NCBI GenBank assembly: GCA_963728735.1
Contig: CAVSLX010000012.1
Location: forward strand, 140,044-204,043
Direction of reading: 5' to 3'
DNA length: 64,000 nt
From: an uncultured Actinomycetes bacterium
GTDB taxonomy: Bacteria; Actinomycetota; UBA4738; HRBIN12
The position numbers and the translations under genes are program-made. The notes below the pieces were generated by a model. The model saw nothing but the letters and a program-made list of their open reading frames with translations, was not told the DNA's origin and searched no databases. Numbering within the stretch: the first letter of the stretch is position 1; every line of letters begins with the position of its first letter. This document shows, one piece after another, positions 30,658 through 44,240 of this stretch.

Positions 30658-31553
30658 GTGGCGACCGCGAAGAAGACCGCCACGAAGCCGCCCGAAGCCC
30701 GCGCCGAAGCCGCCAAGGCGAAGACCGGGCGAAGGCCGACGCGGCGACCGTCGACGGCCGACCGCGTCATCGACGGTCCCGCCGCAGGTCGACGAGCGCG
30801 CTCGGCGCGATCTGGCACGCGTTCAAGAGTCTCGGCGACGACGACGGCGCGCGAACAGCTGATCCTGCATTACGCCCCGCTCGTGAAGTACGTCGCCAGC
30901 CGCGTCGCGACGGGCTTGCCCGTCGAGCGTCGAGCAGGCCGACCTCGTCAGCTACGGGATGTTCGGGTTGATGGACGCGCTCGAAGAAGTTCGAGCCCGG
31001 CCGTGGCAACAAGTTCGAGACCTACGCGATCCCGCGGATCAAGGGCGCGATCATCGACGAGCTTCGGGCGATGGACTGGGTGCCTCGTTCCGTCCGGTTC
31101 AAGCAGCGCGAGATCGAGAAGGCGCTACGCCGACCTCGAGGCGATGCTGAAGCGCCAGCCCACCGAGAAGGAGCTCGCCGAGCGCCTCGGCATGTCGCTG
31201 CCGGAGCTGCACGAGGTCGATCACGCAGATCTCGTTCGTCTCGGTGCTCGCGCTCGACGAGACGGTGTCGGTCGGCGGCCGATCGCGGCGAGCAGGTGTC
31301 GCTGATCGACACGCTCGCCGACAAAGGCCTCGACCCGACGCACGGCGTCGAGTCGCAGGAGACGCGCGGGCTGCTCGCCGCCGCGATCAACGGGCTCTCG
31401 GAGCGCGAGAAGATCGTCGTGACGCTCTACTACTTCGAGGGCCTCACCCTCGCCGAGATCGGCGGGATCCTCGGGGTCACGGAATCGCGCGTCTGCCAGA
31501 TCCACACGAAGGCGGTCGGGGTCCTCCGGGGCCAGCTCACCGAGGTCGACTGA
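30658..31553 (+). pseudogene. WhiG/FliA-family (group 3) RNA polymerase sigma factor, at least 4 frameshifts
   Basis: [89 protein letters not shown] (region 4.2). Same slot as Streptomyces whiG (recalled). Confidence 0.75.
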
Positions 31554-31620
31554 CCCTCGATCCGGTCTCGAGCGTGACGGCCGTCACGGCGGGGCGGACG
31601 CCGCGGCGTAGCGTCGGCGC

Positions 31621-32142
31621 ATGCGCGTCGCATCGGTCCTGTTCATCCGCGCTCGTCGTGGCGATCGCCGGTCGTCCCCGCCGCCTCGGCGCGCGCGGCC
31701 GGTCACGTGGGTCTGGCCCGTCGAGGGGCCGGTGATCGAACGGGTTCGATCCGCCCGATTCGCCGTTCGGTTCCGGGCACCGGGGCATCGACATCGCCGC
31801 CGCCGATCGGCGACCGACGTGCTCGCGCCTGCCGATCGGGCACGGTGACTTCGCGGGCCCGGTCGGCGGCCGGCTCTTCGTCACGATCGACCACGGCGGA
31901 GGGGTGGTGTCGACCTGTCCTTCCTCGAGGTCGTCCTCGTCCGCGAAGGGTGATGCGTCAGCGGCGGGGCAGGCGTCGCCCGAGCGGGAGCGGGCCATGC
32001 CGACCTGGGGTCCCAGCACGTGCACATCGGCGTGCGGCTGGACGACGTCTACGTCGATCCGCTCGCCTACCTGGCGCCGCTGACGGTGAGCGGGTTCATC
32101 CGGCTCGCGCCCTGCTGCCCTCCCACCGTAGGCCGCACCTGA
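31621..32142 (+). pseudogene. M23 family metallopeptidase, several frameshifts
   Basis: WVWPVEGPVIE, HRGIDIAA, GTVTFAGPVGGRLFVTIDHGGGVVST and HVHIGVRLDDVYVDPLAYL lie in different frames. Confidence 0.65.
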
Positions 32143-32166
32143 GCATCCGGCGACCGCGCGCATAGG

Positions 32167-33483
32167 ATGCCGCGGCCTTGCATCCCGTCTCTCCACGTTC
32201 AGCCGCTCCCGCCCGCATCGGCGCGTCGCGCGTCCGACCCGCTGCGATCGCTCGGTGGCGCTGCTCGCGATCGGCGTCCTCGTGCGGCCCAGCGGCGGCC
32301 GGTCGAGCCCAGCCCGAGCGACGGCTGGTCGCAGTTCCAGGGAGGCCCCGACCACGCCGGCACGGCGCCCGACGGCCCGCGCCCGGCTATCGTCGAGAGC
32401 TGGTCGCTCGAGGAGCCCCTCGGCGGACCCGGCGACCGATGGGGCTCTCCGCACCGGTGATCGCCGGCGGCCTGGTCGTGACCGTCGGTCCGGACGCGGT
32501 GATCGCGGTCGAGGCGTCGAGCGGGCGCCGAGCGTTGGCGGATCGAGCGCGACGTGCGGGACCGCCGGTCCAGCCGGCGATCAGCGATCGGCGGCCGGGA
32601 CGCGGTCGTCGTCTTCACCGAAGGGCTACGGTCCGCAACCCGCCGACCGGCGCGTCGCCGACGCGACACGCCCCTCCAGCCGCGAGCGAGCCCGTCGCGC
32701 GAGCGACGCTGCCGGCGACGACGAACGGGTGTCGATCTCGTCGCCGTCGTCGCTCCGGACGGAGCGCGAGGTCTGGCGGACCCGCCTCGAGCCGCCGAGC
32801 CGAGCCGGCGTGACCGCCGCGGCGACGCTGGTCTACGTCGGGGCGCAACGACGGGACCGTCACGCGCGTCGACGCCGCGAAGGGGAAGATCCGATGGACC
32901 GAGCCCGCCGGCGACGTCGATCTACCGTCCGGTCACGCGACGACGACCCGTGCGTCGCGTCGGCGCTCCGGGCGACGCCGGCGGCGTCCTGCGCCGTGGT
33001 CGCGCTCGGACGCACCGACGGCGACAGGCGTGGCGCGTACGAGCCGGGTGGTGCGGCCGTGATCGTCGGGTCGACGCGCCGGCGGTCGCCGGACGGCGAC
33101 GGTCGTTCGTCGGCGTTCGACGGATCGCGACCGTGCGGGCGTTCGACCTCGCGACGGGGTCGACGGTGCGCAAGGCTGGCCCGTCTCAACGACCTCGCCG
33201 CGAGCCACACCGCCGCGTCGGTGAGCCGAGGACGACGTCGTCTGCGTCATCGACGTCGGCGGGCAGGTCTACGCCTCGACGGCGCGACCGGGCGAGCGGC
33301 CGCTGGGATCTCGCGCTGAACGCGGGCGCCCTGCGTCCGGAGCCGCGCCGATCGCGCCGGGGACCACGTGCTCGTGGCGACGACCGCGGCGAGCTGTTCG
33401 CGCTCGAGCTCGAGACCGGCGACCTCGTGTGGAGCGCCGACTGGCCGACGGCTCCGCTCCGAGCGCTCGCCGTCACCGAGTGA
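32167..33483 (+). pseudogene. PQQ-like/BamB-like beta-propeller repeat protein, many frameshifts (3' end may lie further right)
   Basis: Fragments WSQFQGGPDHAGTA, SAPVIAGGLVVTVGPDAVIAVEASSG, ATLVYVGA, GELFALELETGDLVWSADW. Confidence 0.5.
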
Positions 33484-34086
33484 TCGCGTGATCGCGCGTG
33501 CGCGGCGGCAGCCGGCCGGGGCTCGTCGCGCTCGTGCATGACGATCCCGGAGGCTCGCTCGTCCGCGATCGTGCTCGCCGACGAGCTCTTCGACGTCCTG
33601 GGCGCGTTCGCCGCGCTGCGCTGGCGGTCGCGGCGATCCCGCTCGTCGTGGTCGCGTTGGCCGCTCCTCGGCCGCCTTCTCGCGGCGCGGCTCGGTCCAG
33701 GCGGAGCTCGGGCGACGCCGACCCGATCGATCCGATCGAAGACAGCCCTCGACGAATGGCACGACGACGACGGGACCACGCGGTGAGCGCACGCGAGCGG
33801 CGATCGAATCCGTCCCGCCTCGAATGGCCCGGCCGCGAGCGGCGCGGGGCTGTTCGACACGTTCCTCGCGCCCCGTCCCGCCGGTCGACTCGCCGATGCC
33901 GTCCGATGCGCTCACTCGCCTCGTGCGGGGTTCGTGACCGCGCTCGCGACGCCCGGCTGGTCGTGATCGCGATCCCGCTGCGTCCTGGCCTGCTGGCTCG
34001 GGCTCGTCGCCGTCGGGCTATCAGGGGCCGTTCGCGCTCCTCGTGAACGCCTTCGCGGTGCCACCGCGTCGGCACGTTCGACCGAC

Positions 34087-34770
34087 GTGTCGATCACCGC
34101 GCGGGCGTTCCCCGGCTTCCTGGCGCTCGCTCGTCATCGCCGTCGCGATCGTCCTGCGGACCCTGTGCTCGCGTTCGTGACCGCCGTGGCCGTCCAGACG
34201 TCCGCAACCGGCGCCGCCACCCGCTGGGTCGTGGTTCGCCGCGATCCGGGCCCTGCCCGTCGCCCTCGCCGTGAACGTGCCTCCGTGCTGCGTGCTGTTC
34301 ATCGCACGAGCTCCTCGGGCTCGCTGCTCGGAGGGGCTGGTCGGAGCGCTCGGCCTCATCGTCTTGTTCGGCGGCATTCGTGCGTGGGCGTGTACCTATC
34401 TCGGGTTCGCGCACGCCGATCGCCGCCGCCGAGCAGCGCCGCCTCGCCGACGCCCTGGGCCGGTCCTTCCGGGCCGCCCGGATGCCCGGGGCCGGGGAAT
34501 CTCACGCTCGCGGCGCTGTACGTGGTCCCGTCGTTCGCGATCCTCGTGGCGCCCGGCAAGCCCGGTGGCCTGATCGGGGTCAACCCCTCGATCGGGGCCT
34601 GGGTCCTCGCGATCGGCGTGAACCTCCTGCACGTCGCCATCACGGCGACCTATGCGTTCCGCTACCTCTCCGTGGCCGAGCGTCGTGCCCGAAGCCTCCG
34701 ACGCCGCCGGCCGGCGGTCGCGGGCGTCGCTGAGCCCGCCGGCCGCGGCCGGCATGCGTCCCGCTGCTAG
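34087..34770 (+). pseudogene. membrane protein of unknown function (fragmentary reading)
   Basis: Only hydrophobic stretches are readable ([53 protein letters not shown]). No family recognised. The region 33.5-34.9 kb could not be reconstructed. Confidence 0.2.
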
Positions 34771-34907
34771 ACTGCCCTCCGCCGGCGCCGATGGCGCCGA
34801 GCACACACGCCGAGGGGACCGCCGACCGGGGTCCCGCAGCCGCGAAGGCTCGGGCCGGCGCGGGAAGATCCGGGCGGAGGAGCGAAACCGAAAGGGGCGA
34901 GCCGACC

Positions 34908-35927
34908 GTGGCGTCGTCACGCGCCGGGAGCTCCTCGAAGCAGGGGTGCACTTCGGCCACCAGACCCGCCGGTGGAACCCGAAGATGCATCGCTACCTGT
35001 TCGGGGAGCGGTCCGGCATCTACATCATCGACCTCGAGAAGTCCCTCGGCGGCCTCGAAGAGGCGTACGCGTTCGTCCGCGATCTCGGTCGTCGCCGGGG
35101 CATCGTCCTGTTCATCGGGACGAAGAAGCAGGGGCAGGAGGTCGTCGCCGAACACGCGGCCCGCGTGGGCATGCCCTACGTGAACAACCGGTGGCTCGGC
35201 GGCATGCTCACGAACTTCGCGACGATCCGAACCCGACTGCTCCGGCTCCGCGAGCTGCGCGAGATGGAGACACTCGGGCGCGATGGGGTTCCTCCCGAAG
35301 AAGGAAGCGATCCGGCTCCGCCACGAGCGCGAGAAGCTCGAGCGGAACCTCGGCGGCATCCAGGACCTCGACCGGCTGCCCGACGCCGTCTTCGTCGTCG
35401 ACACGAAGAAGGAGCACATCGCCGTCACCGAGGCGCGCAAGCTCGGCATCCCGGTGATCGCGATCGTCGACACGAACTGCGACCCCGACGAGGTCGACTA
35501 CGTGATCCCGGGCAACGACGACGCGATCCGGGCCGTGACCCTCGTCACGCGCGTCGATCGCCGACGGGCTCGCCGAGGGCTACGGCATGGCCAAGGACGA
35601 GGCGGTCGAGAAGGCCACCGCGGGCATCGCCGCAGCCCAGGCGCCCCCGCGCCGCCCGGCCGGGCCGAAGCCGACCGCGGCGCCGGCGGCCGTCGACGAG
35701 ACACCGTCGCGCCGAGGAGGCCGCGAAGATCGCGGCGAGCATGGTGTTCGAGCCCGATCCGACGCCTTCGGCCGAGGACGCCGACGTCTCCGCCCGAGAT
35801 CGTGCCCGAGGCGGCGCTCGGACGGCGAACCCGCAGGCCGGAGACGTCGCGGCCACACGACCCGACACGGCCGAGCGTGGAGCCCAGCCGAGCCACGCCC
35901 GCGGCCGAGGGGCAGAGCCTGAGATGA
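34908..35927 (+). pseudogene. rpsB: 30S ribosomal protein S2 with C-terminal extension, at least 4 frameshifts
   Basis: [70 protein letters not shown] (34652 frame). [76 protein letters not shown] (35283 frame). Confidence 0.85.
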
Positions 35928-36544
35928 CCGAGATCTCCGCCGCGCTCGTCAAGCAGCTCCGCGACGCGACGGGCGCAGGGATGATGGACTGCAAGAAGGC
36001 GCTGATCGAGGCCGACGGCGACCTCGATCGGGCCGCGGAGCTCCTGCGAGAGAAGGGGCTCGCGAGCGCCGCGAAGCGCGCCGGACCGCGCCGCGAACCA
36101 GGGCGCTGATCGACGCCTACATCCACTTCAACAACACGGTGGGTGTGCTCATCGAGGTGAACTGCGAGACGGACTTCGTCGCCAACACCGACGAGTTCAG
36201 GCGCCTCGTGAAGGACGTCGCGCTGCACATCGCGAGCCCCGCGGCGCCGCGACTACCTCGTCGCGGGACGACGTACCGACCGGAGTGCTCGAGACCGAAC
36301 GGCGCATCGCCGAAGCGCAGGCGAAAGAGCAGGGCAAGCCCGAGAACGTCATCCCTCGGATCGTCGAGGGAAAGATCGAGACGTACTTCAAAGATCACTG
36401 CCTGCTCGACCAGCCCTTCGTGAAGGACGACTCAAGACGGTTCGTCAGATGCTCGACGAGGCGTCGGCCAAGCTCGGAGAGAAGGTTGCCGTGCGACGGT
36501 TCGTCCGGTACAAGCTCGGGGAGAGCCTGCCGGGCGTAAGGTGA
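35924..36544 (+). pseudogene. tsf: elongation factor Ts (short form), at least 3 frameshifts
   Basis: [153 protein letters not shown]. Confidence 0.8.
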
Positions 36545-36595
36545 GTCGAGCTGACCGCCGGTCGCGCCGACCGACGAGGGGATCTGAAGGAGCGG

Positions 36596-37908
<1,313 letters not shown>

Positions 37909-37912
37909 GGCC

Positions 37913-38790
37913 GTGAAGCCGAGGGAGGATCCGGTGGCGAACGACGAGCGCAGCGGCGACGACCTGTTCGAGGACCTGGACAAGTTCTTCGCGCCCATCA
38001 AGGACGTCGATTGGGACGAGCCCGGAGGCGAGCAGGCTGGCACGACGCCGCAGGAGGAGCACGTCGCCGTCCGGCATGAGGGGACGGGGGTGCCGGCCGG
38101 ACACGAGGGTGCGCTCCCGGCCGAGTCGGCGACGAGCCCCGCGGCCGCATCCCGCTCCGACGCCCTCGAGGATGCCGTCGATGAACGGGTCGAACCCGGC
38201 GACGATGACGACGAGTCCTGGTACGACACCGGTGTGCTCGAGACCGTCGCGGAGCTCTCCATCGATGACGATGACGACCCCGTGTTCGCCGACGACACGG
38301 TGAGGATCGTTGACGACGCACCCCCGTCGATGACTCAGCCGATGAACCGGCCGATGCACCGGCCGATGATCAAGCCGGTCTGTTCGACGAGGCCGGCGAG
38401 CGTGATCCCACGGTTGCCTCGGGCGCGCCGAGCGAGGACGACCTCGAGGCGGCGGCGGAACACTTCGCCGGCTCGATCAGGGAGGAGCGCTACGACACGA
38501 CCCCGCTCGAGGGCGACCTCGCGAGCGCCGCGGTCGATCCCTATGCGGGGGCCGAGGGAGCGGTCGACGAGGGGTTCGACGACGATGCGGGACCTGCCCC
38601 CGGCGCTGATCTGCTTTCGGATCTCGGCGCCGAGGCGGTCGAAGCCGACATCCTCGCCGATCTCGAGCCCGAACCTGCGCACACCGTCATGGTGGGCACC
38701 GAGGGCCTCGGCGGGCCGAGCTGGCAGGAGCCGGCCGCGGTCGAGGTGGGAGCCGACCTCGAGCGGCGTGGGCCGGATCGGGCGAACGCG
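37913..38790 (+). pseudogene. acidic low-complexity protein, or long N-terminal extension of CdsA (frame not continuous)
   Basis: GTG 37913: KPREDPVANDERSGDDLFEDLDKFFAPIKDVDWDEP..DDDDESWYDTGVLETVAELSIDDDDDPVFADD. The reading decays into Arg-rich sequence after about 38330, implying frameshifts. Confidence 0.3.
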
Positions 38791-38792
38791 AC

Positions 38793-39615
38793 GTGCCCGC
38801 CGCGTTCATGACCGGCGTGGTCCTCGCCGGGGTCGCGCTCGCCTCACTCCTCGTCGGCGAGACGGCATTCGCGATCATCGCGGCGCTCGGCGTGCTCGCC
38901 GCGCAAGGCGAGCTGTTCGGCGTGATGACGAAGCACCATCAGCAGCCCGCGACCTTCGTCGGCCTCGTGGTCGGCCAGCTGGTGATCTGGGGCACGTACT
39001 TCCGCGGCGAGCCGTCGATCCCGGCGATGATGGCGCTCGGGCATGATCGCGACGTTCCTGTGGTTCATGACGGTGCCGGCCGCTCATCGCAAGCAGATCA
39101 TGCAGAACGTTGGACTCACGATGCTCAACGTGACCTGGATCGCGCTGCTCGCGGCGTATCTGCTCGCCACGCTCGATCTGCCCGACGGTCGCGAGCTCGT
39201 GATCGCGGTGATCGCGCTGACGTTCGTGTACGACACGCGGCGTTCTTCCTGGGATCGGTGTGGGGCGGCTCGTTCTTCCCGTATCCGCTCGCCGGCTCGA
39301 TCTCTCCGAAGAAGTCGATCGAGGGGCTGATCGGCGGGTCGCGCCGTGGTCGTCGTGGTGTCGGCGGCCATCGTGCCGGCCGGCTTCATCGAAACGCTCG
39401 ACGGCGCTCGGTTCGAGGCGGTGCTCCTCGGGCTCGCGATCGCCGCGCGGCGACGCTCGGGGACCTCGCAGAATCGCTGGTCAAGCGCGACCTCGGCGTG
39501 AAGGACATGGGGAGCGTGCTGCCCGGGCACGGTGGGGTCCTGGACCGGATCGACTCGCTGCTCTTCGTGGCTCCCGCCGCCTACTTGCTTGTTCCGCGTC
39601 GTCTTCGTGTCCTAG
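38793..39615 (+). pseudogene. cdsA: phosphatidate cytidylyltransferase, at least 4 frameshifts
   Basis: TM-rich sequence. [12 protein letters not shown], and [42 protein letters not shown]. Ends LFRVVFVS* (TAG 39615) after a final shift. Confidence 0.75.
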
Positions 39616-39668
39616 CGAGCCGCAGGATTTGCCTGCGTACGCGTAGGGGTAGGGGTAGGCTGGTGCGC

Positions 39669-40828
39669 ATGAAGATCGGTCACGATCCTCGGATCCACGG
39701 GGTCGATCGGGACCCAGGCTCTCGACGTCGTGCGTCGTCATCCGGAGCGGTTCAAGCGCCGTCGGGCTGTCGGCGGCGGGCATGAACCAGGAGCTCCTCG
39801 CCGGGCAGATCCGCGAGTTCCTTCCGCCGGTCGTGGCGATCGCCGACGAAGAGGCGGCCGACGACATCCGCGCCAAGCTCGGGCCCGTGAAGGGCGTCGA
39901 ATTCGTGACGGGGCACGACGCGGCCGAGCGGCTCGCGGTCGAGACCGAGGCCGACGTCGTCCTGAACGCGCTCGTGGGTTCGGCCGGGCTCGCGCCGACG
40001 CTTGGCTCGCTCCAGGCCGGCAAGACCGTCGCCCTCGCGAACAAGGAGAGCCTCGTCGTCGGCGGCGAGCTCGTGACGGATCTCGTCAAGGGCGAGCCGG
40101 AGCGGCTGCTTCCGGTCGATTCCGAGCACGCGGCGCTCGCGATGGCGATCGCGCGGCGAACGCCGTGAGGACCTGAAGCGGGTCGTGATCACGGCGAGCG
40201 GAGGCCCTTCCGTGGGTGGACGCGCAGCGAGCTGGCGCGGGCGTCCGTCAAGGAGGCGCTGCAGCACCCGACCTGGTCGATGGGGCCGAAGATCACGATC
40301 GATTCCGCGACGTTGATGAACAAGGGGCTCGAGGTGATCGAGGCGCATTACCTGTTCGATCTCGACTACTCGCAGATCCACGTCTTGATCCATCCCGAGA
40401 GCGTCGTCCACGCGCTCGCGGAGTTCCGTGACGGGTCGCTGCGGGCCGAGATGGCGACGGCCGACATGCGCCTGCCGATCCAGCTCGCGCTGGCGTGGCC
40501 CGAGCGGCTGAGCCCCGGCATCGAGCCGGTCCCGTTATGGATCGCCCACTGACGTTCGAGCCGGTGGATCGTGAGGCGTTTCCGGCCGTCGATCTCGCGT
40601 ATCGAGTGGGTGGCCTCGGGTTCACGTTCCCGGCCGTGATGAACGCGGCGAACGAGGTCGCCGTGATGGCCTTCCTCGAGGGAAAGATCCCCCTGACGCG
40701 GATCGTCGAGATCGTCCAGACGATCGTCGACGAGCACGAGCCCGCCTCGATCGTCTCGGTCGTGCAACATCGAACGCGCCGACGGCTGGGCGCGACAACG
40801 AGCCGCCGAGATCATCGAGGAGCGCTGA
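39669..40828 (+). pseudogene. dxr: 1-deoxy-D-xylulose-5-phosphate reductoisomerase, at least 5 frameshifts
   Basis: MKI / [138 protein letters not shown]. Confidence 0.85.
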
Positions 40829-40838
40829 GCCCCGTCCG

Positions 40839-41952
40839 GTGAACGGCACCTTCGCGATCGTTGCGTTCTTCGTCGGCCTGCTGCTGATCATCTTGATCCA
40901 CGAGGGCGGCCATTACCTCGCGGCGCGGCACGTTCGGGTTCCGCGTGCTCGAGTACTTCGTCGGTTTCGGGCCGCGCCTGTGGTCGTTCCGGCGCGGCGA
41001 GATCGAATACGGGGTCAAGGCGATCCCCGCCGGGGGCTACGTGAAGATCGCCGGCATGAATCCATTGGAGAACGACGTTCCGCCGGGGGACGAGGATCGC
41101 GCGTACTTCGCGAAGCCGATCTGGCAGCGGGCGATCGTGATCCTCGCCGGGCCGCTGTCGCATCTCGTCGTCGCCGGCCTCATCTTCTCGTCGCTCTACG
41201 TCTTCGTCGGCGACCGGAGCATCACCCGGGTCGGTGAGGTCACGCCCACCATCGCAGGCCGAGCCGTCGCCGGCCGCTGACGCCGGGTCTGCTGCCGGGC
41301 GATGAGATCGTGCGGATCGGCGACATCGAGGATCCGACACCGGAGGAGCTCGGGACCTACCAGGCCGACCACGTCGGCGAGTCGATCCCGTTCACGATCG
41401 AGCGGGACGGCCGGCCGATCGAGCTGACGTTGACGCCGGTGCTCGACGAGATCGACGGCGCCGAGATCCCGCGGATCGGGGTCCTCCTCGAGCCCGCGCC
41501 CATCTCGGTGCCGAGCGCGGTGGTGGCTGGCTACGTCGACGTCTGGGAGTTCACCAAGGTCTCCATCGGTGAGATCGGCCGAGTCTTCGGGCCGGAGGGG
41601 ATCGGCCGGATGGTCAGGCTGCTGTTCACCGACGAGGAACGGACCCAACGCGATCCGGCGTCGGTCGTCGGCATCGGTCAGCAGGTGGGCGCCATCGGAA
41701 GCGACGGCGATTGGGAGTACGTCGGCTGGATCTTCGGCTACGTGACCCTCTTCATCGGCCTGATCAACCTCGTGCCGCTGCCGCCGCTTCGACGGGGGTC
41801 ACCTCGCGATCTTGGTGATCGAACGGATCCGAGGCCGTCCGGTCGATCTGCGCAAGGTGATCCCCGTGTCGGCCGTGGTGCTCGTGTTCATGGTGATGTT
41901 CGTCACCGCGGCGGTCATCCTCGACATCACGAAACCCATCCCGCTACCGTGA
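40839..41952 (+). pseudogene. rseP: site-2 zinc metalloprotease RseP/Rip1, 3 frameshifts (about 40925, 41275, 41787)
   Basis: HEGGHYLAAR (HExxH). FGFRVLEYFVGFGPRLWSFRRGEIEYGVKAIPAGGYVKIAGM. PDZ region plus GLINLVPLPP. DGGHLAILVIERIRGRPV..ITKPIPLP*. Confidence 0.8.
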
Positions 41953-42073
41953 CGACACCGATGCCGGGGCGCCGACGACCCGGAGCCTGACCTGCGGTGA
42001 CGGTGGATCGCCACCACGATTTCTCCATAGCGCGAGCCGCTCTGCGCAACACCCTGGGCGTACGATTGGCGCT

Positions 42074-42763
42074 GTGAGCGAGCAGATCTTGGTCGTCGAC
42101 GACGAAGAGGCCATCGCCGAGGCGGTCCGCAAACGGCTCGAGAGCGAGGGGTACCGGGTGATCGTTGCGTCCGACGGCCCCGAGGCGATCCGTCTGCACG
42201 CCGAGCACCAGCCGGACCTCGTCGTCCTCGACCTCATGTTGCCGGGGATGGACGGCATCGAGGTCTGCAAGGCGATCCAGCACGATCGGTGGACCCCGGT
42301 GTTGATGCTGACCGCCCGCACCGAAGAAGCAGACAAGGTCGCCGGCTTCGCGGTGGGGGCGGACGACTACCTGACGAAGCCGTTCAGCCTGCGGGAGCTC
42401 GCCGCCCGCGTGAAGGCGATCCTTCGGCGGGTCGAACGCATGGGAACCCGTCCCGACGACGAGGGACCCGTCGACCTGCACGGGCTGGCGCTCGATCCGC
42501 TCCGCCGCCGGGTCGATGTCGACGGCGGCGAGATCGCGCTCACCCCGCTCGAGTTCGACATCCTCCACGTCCTCGTCCGCGAGCCAGGCGTCGTGTTCTC
42601 CCGAGATCTGCTGATGGACCGGGTCTGGGGATATCGGGACTACGCCGGCGGCAGGGTCGTCGACTCCCACGTCGCGCGGATCCGCCGCAAGCTCGGGGAG
42701 GACGGGAACGAGCCGCGCTTCATCCGCACGGTCCACGGCGTCGGCTACGCGTTCAAGGAGTAG
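42074..42763 (+). CDS. OmpR/PhoB-family response regulator (MtrA-like)
   Basis: ILVVDDEEAIAEAV..DLVVLDLMLPGMDG..DDYLTKPFSLRELAARV plus a winged-helix domain (LTPLEFDIL..IRTVHGVGYAF). Intact. Confidence 0.85.
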   Translation: MSEQILVVDDEEAIAEAVRKRLESEGYRVIVASDGPEAIRLHAEHQPDLVVLDLMLPGMDGIEVCKAIQHDRWTPVLMLTARTEEADKVAGFAVGADDYLTKPFSLRELAARVKAILRRVERMGTRPDDEGPVDLHGLALDPLRRRVDVDGGEIALTPLEFDILHVLVREPGVVFSRDLLMDRVWGYRDYAGGRVVDSHVARIRRKLGEDGNEPRFIRTVHGVGYAFKE

Positions 42764-42766
42764 CGC

Positions 42767-44233
42767 GTGGCGATGCGCCCGCTCGAGAAGCTGCCCACGA
42801 TCCGAGCCAAGCTCGGCTCCGTGATCGTGATCGCGGTCACGGTCACGGTGCTGTTGAGTTTCTTGCTGCTCGGCTACGCGCTTCGCGAGACGTCGCGGGA
42901 CACCGAACGCCTCCAACTCGTCCGGGTCGCTCGACGGGCGGGCTCCGGCACGCTCCTGCAGGTGCCGACCGAGATCACGATCGTCCGGTACACGCCCGAC
43001 GGCCAGCTGATCGGCGATCCGCCACCGTGGCCCCTCCCGACCTACACCAGCGGGTTGGTCCCCGAGGGGGTCGAGGCGACGCAGCTCGTGGAGTTCGCGG
43101 TCGAGCCGGTGATCGAAGACGGTGAGGTCGTTGAGGTGCTCTTCGCCGTGCGCGAGGTGCCTGCCGGCGACGTGCTCACCCGCATCGGCGCCACCTTCGA
43201 GTTCCTCGCCCGGTTCTGGTGGCAGTTCCTCGCGGCGGGCGCTTTGGCGGCGGGGGTGGCGCTCGTCATGGCCCGCTGGCTCGCACGTGGCATGACCCAG
43301 CCGCTCCGAGACATGGTCGGGGCAGCTCGCCGGATGGAGATCGGCGACTACACGGGTCGGGTCACGTCGCGCTCACGCGACGAGGTCGGCCAGCTCGCCC
43401 TCGCCTTCAACCGGATGGCCGGGGAGCTCGAACACCTCGAGCAGACCCGTCGTGACCTCGTGGCCAACGTCTCCCATGAACTGAAGACCCCGATCGCCGC
43501 GATCCGGGCGCACCTCGAGAACCTCCTCGACGGCGTCGAAGAGCCGGACCCCGAGACGATCCAAGTGATGCTCGCGCAGACCGAGCGCCTCGGTCGCCTC
43601 GTCGAGCAGCTGCTCGACCTGTCGAAGCTCGAGTCGGGCGAGGTGCCGCTGCAACGCGCCGACGTGGCGCTGGAGCCCCTGGTGCGACGGGTCGTCTCGG
43701 AGATCGAGGTCGCCCGGCCGAGCAAGGATGTGCGGATCAACCGGCAGATCCCAGCCGATCTGCCGCCGCTCGACGCCGACCCGGAGCGCGTGCACCAAGT
43801 CCTTTTCAACCTCGTCGACAACGCGGTGCGATTCGTCCCGGACGGCGGCGAGGTCACGATCGCGGCGCATCGCCACAACGGGTCCGTCGAGATCAGCGTC
43901 GCGGACAACGGCATCGGCATCCCCCGCGAGCACCTCCCCCGGCTGTTCGAGCGCTTCTACCGAGCCGACACCGCGCGCTCCCGGGACGAAGGTGGCACCG
44001 GCATCGGGCTCGCGATCGCGCGCTCGGTCGTCGAGGCACACGGCGGGCACATCCGCGCTGAGAGCGAACCGGGGATCGGCAGCGTCTTCTCGTTCGATCT
44101 TCCGGTGGCGTCGACCGAGGACGGCCGAACGCCTGCGCGCGGCCCCGCGGGAGGAGCCGAACCTCGCGACGAGGCGGCGACCACCGTCTCGGCCGAGCAC
44201 GACACCCACGCCCCGAGCCGAGCGAAAGGATGA
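42767..44233 (+). CDS. sensor histidine kinase (HAMP-HisKA-HATPase)
   Basis: TM, periplasmic region, TM, HAMP (MTQPLRDMVGAARRMEIGDY), H-box VSHELKTPIAAIRAH, N/G boxes NLVDNAVRF..DNGIGIP..GGTGIGLAIA. Confidence 0.8.
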   Translation: MAMRPLEKLPTIRAKLGSVIVIAVTVTVLLSFLLLGYALRETSRDTERLQLVRVARRAGSGTLLQVPTEITIVRYTPDGQLIGDPPPWPLPTYTSGLVPEGVEATQLVEFAVEPVIEDGEVVEVLFAVREVPAGDVLTRIGATFEFLARFWWQFLAAGALAAGVALVMARWLARGMTQPLRDMVGAARRMEIGDYTGRVTSRSRDEVGQLALAFNRMAGELEHLEQTRRDLVANVSHELKTPIAAIRAHLENLLDGVEEPDPETIQVMLAQTERLGRLVEQLLDLSKLESGEVPLQRADVALEPLVRRVVSEIEVARPSKDVRINRQIPADLPPLDADPERVHQVLFNLVDNAVRFVPDGGEVTIAAHRHNGSVEISVADNGIGIPREHLPRLFERFYRADTARSRDEGGTGIGLAIARSVVEAHGGHIRAESEPGIGSVFSFDLPVASTEDGRTPARGPAGGAEPRDEAATTVSAEHDTHAPSRAKG

Positions 44234-44240
44234 CTCGCCC

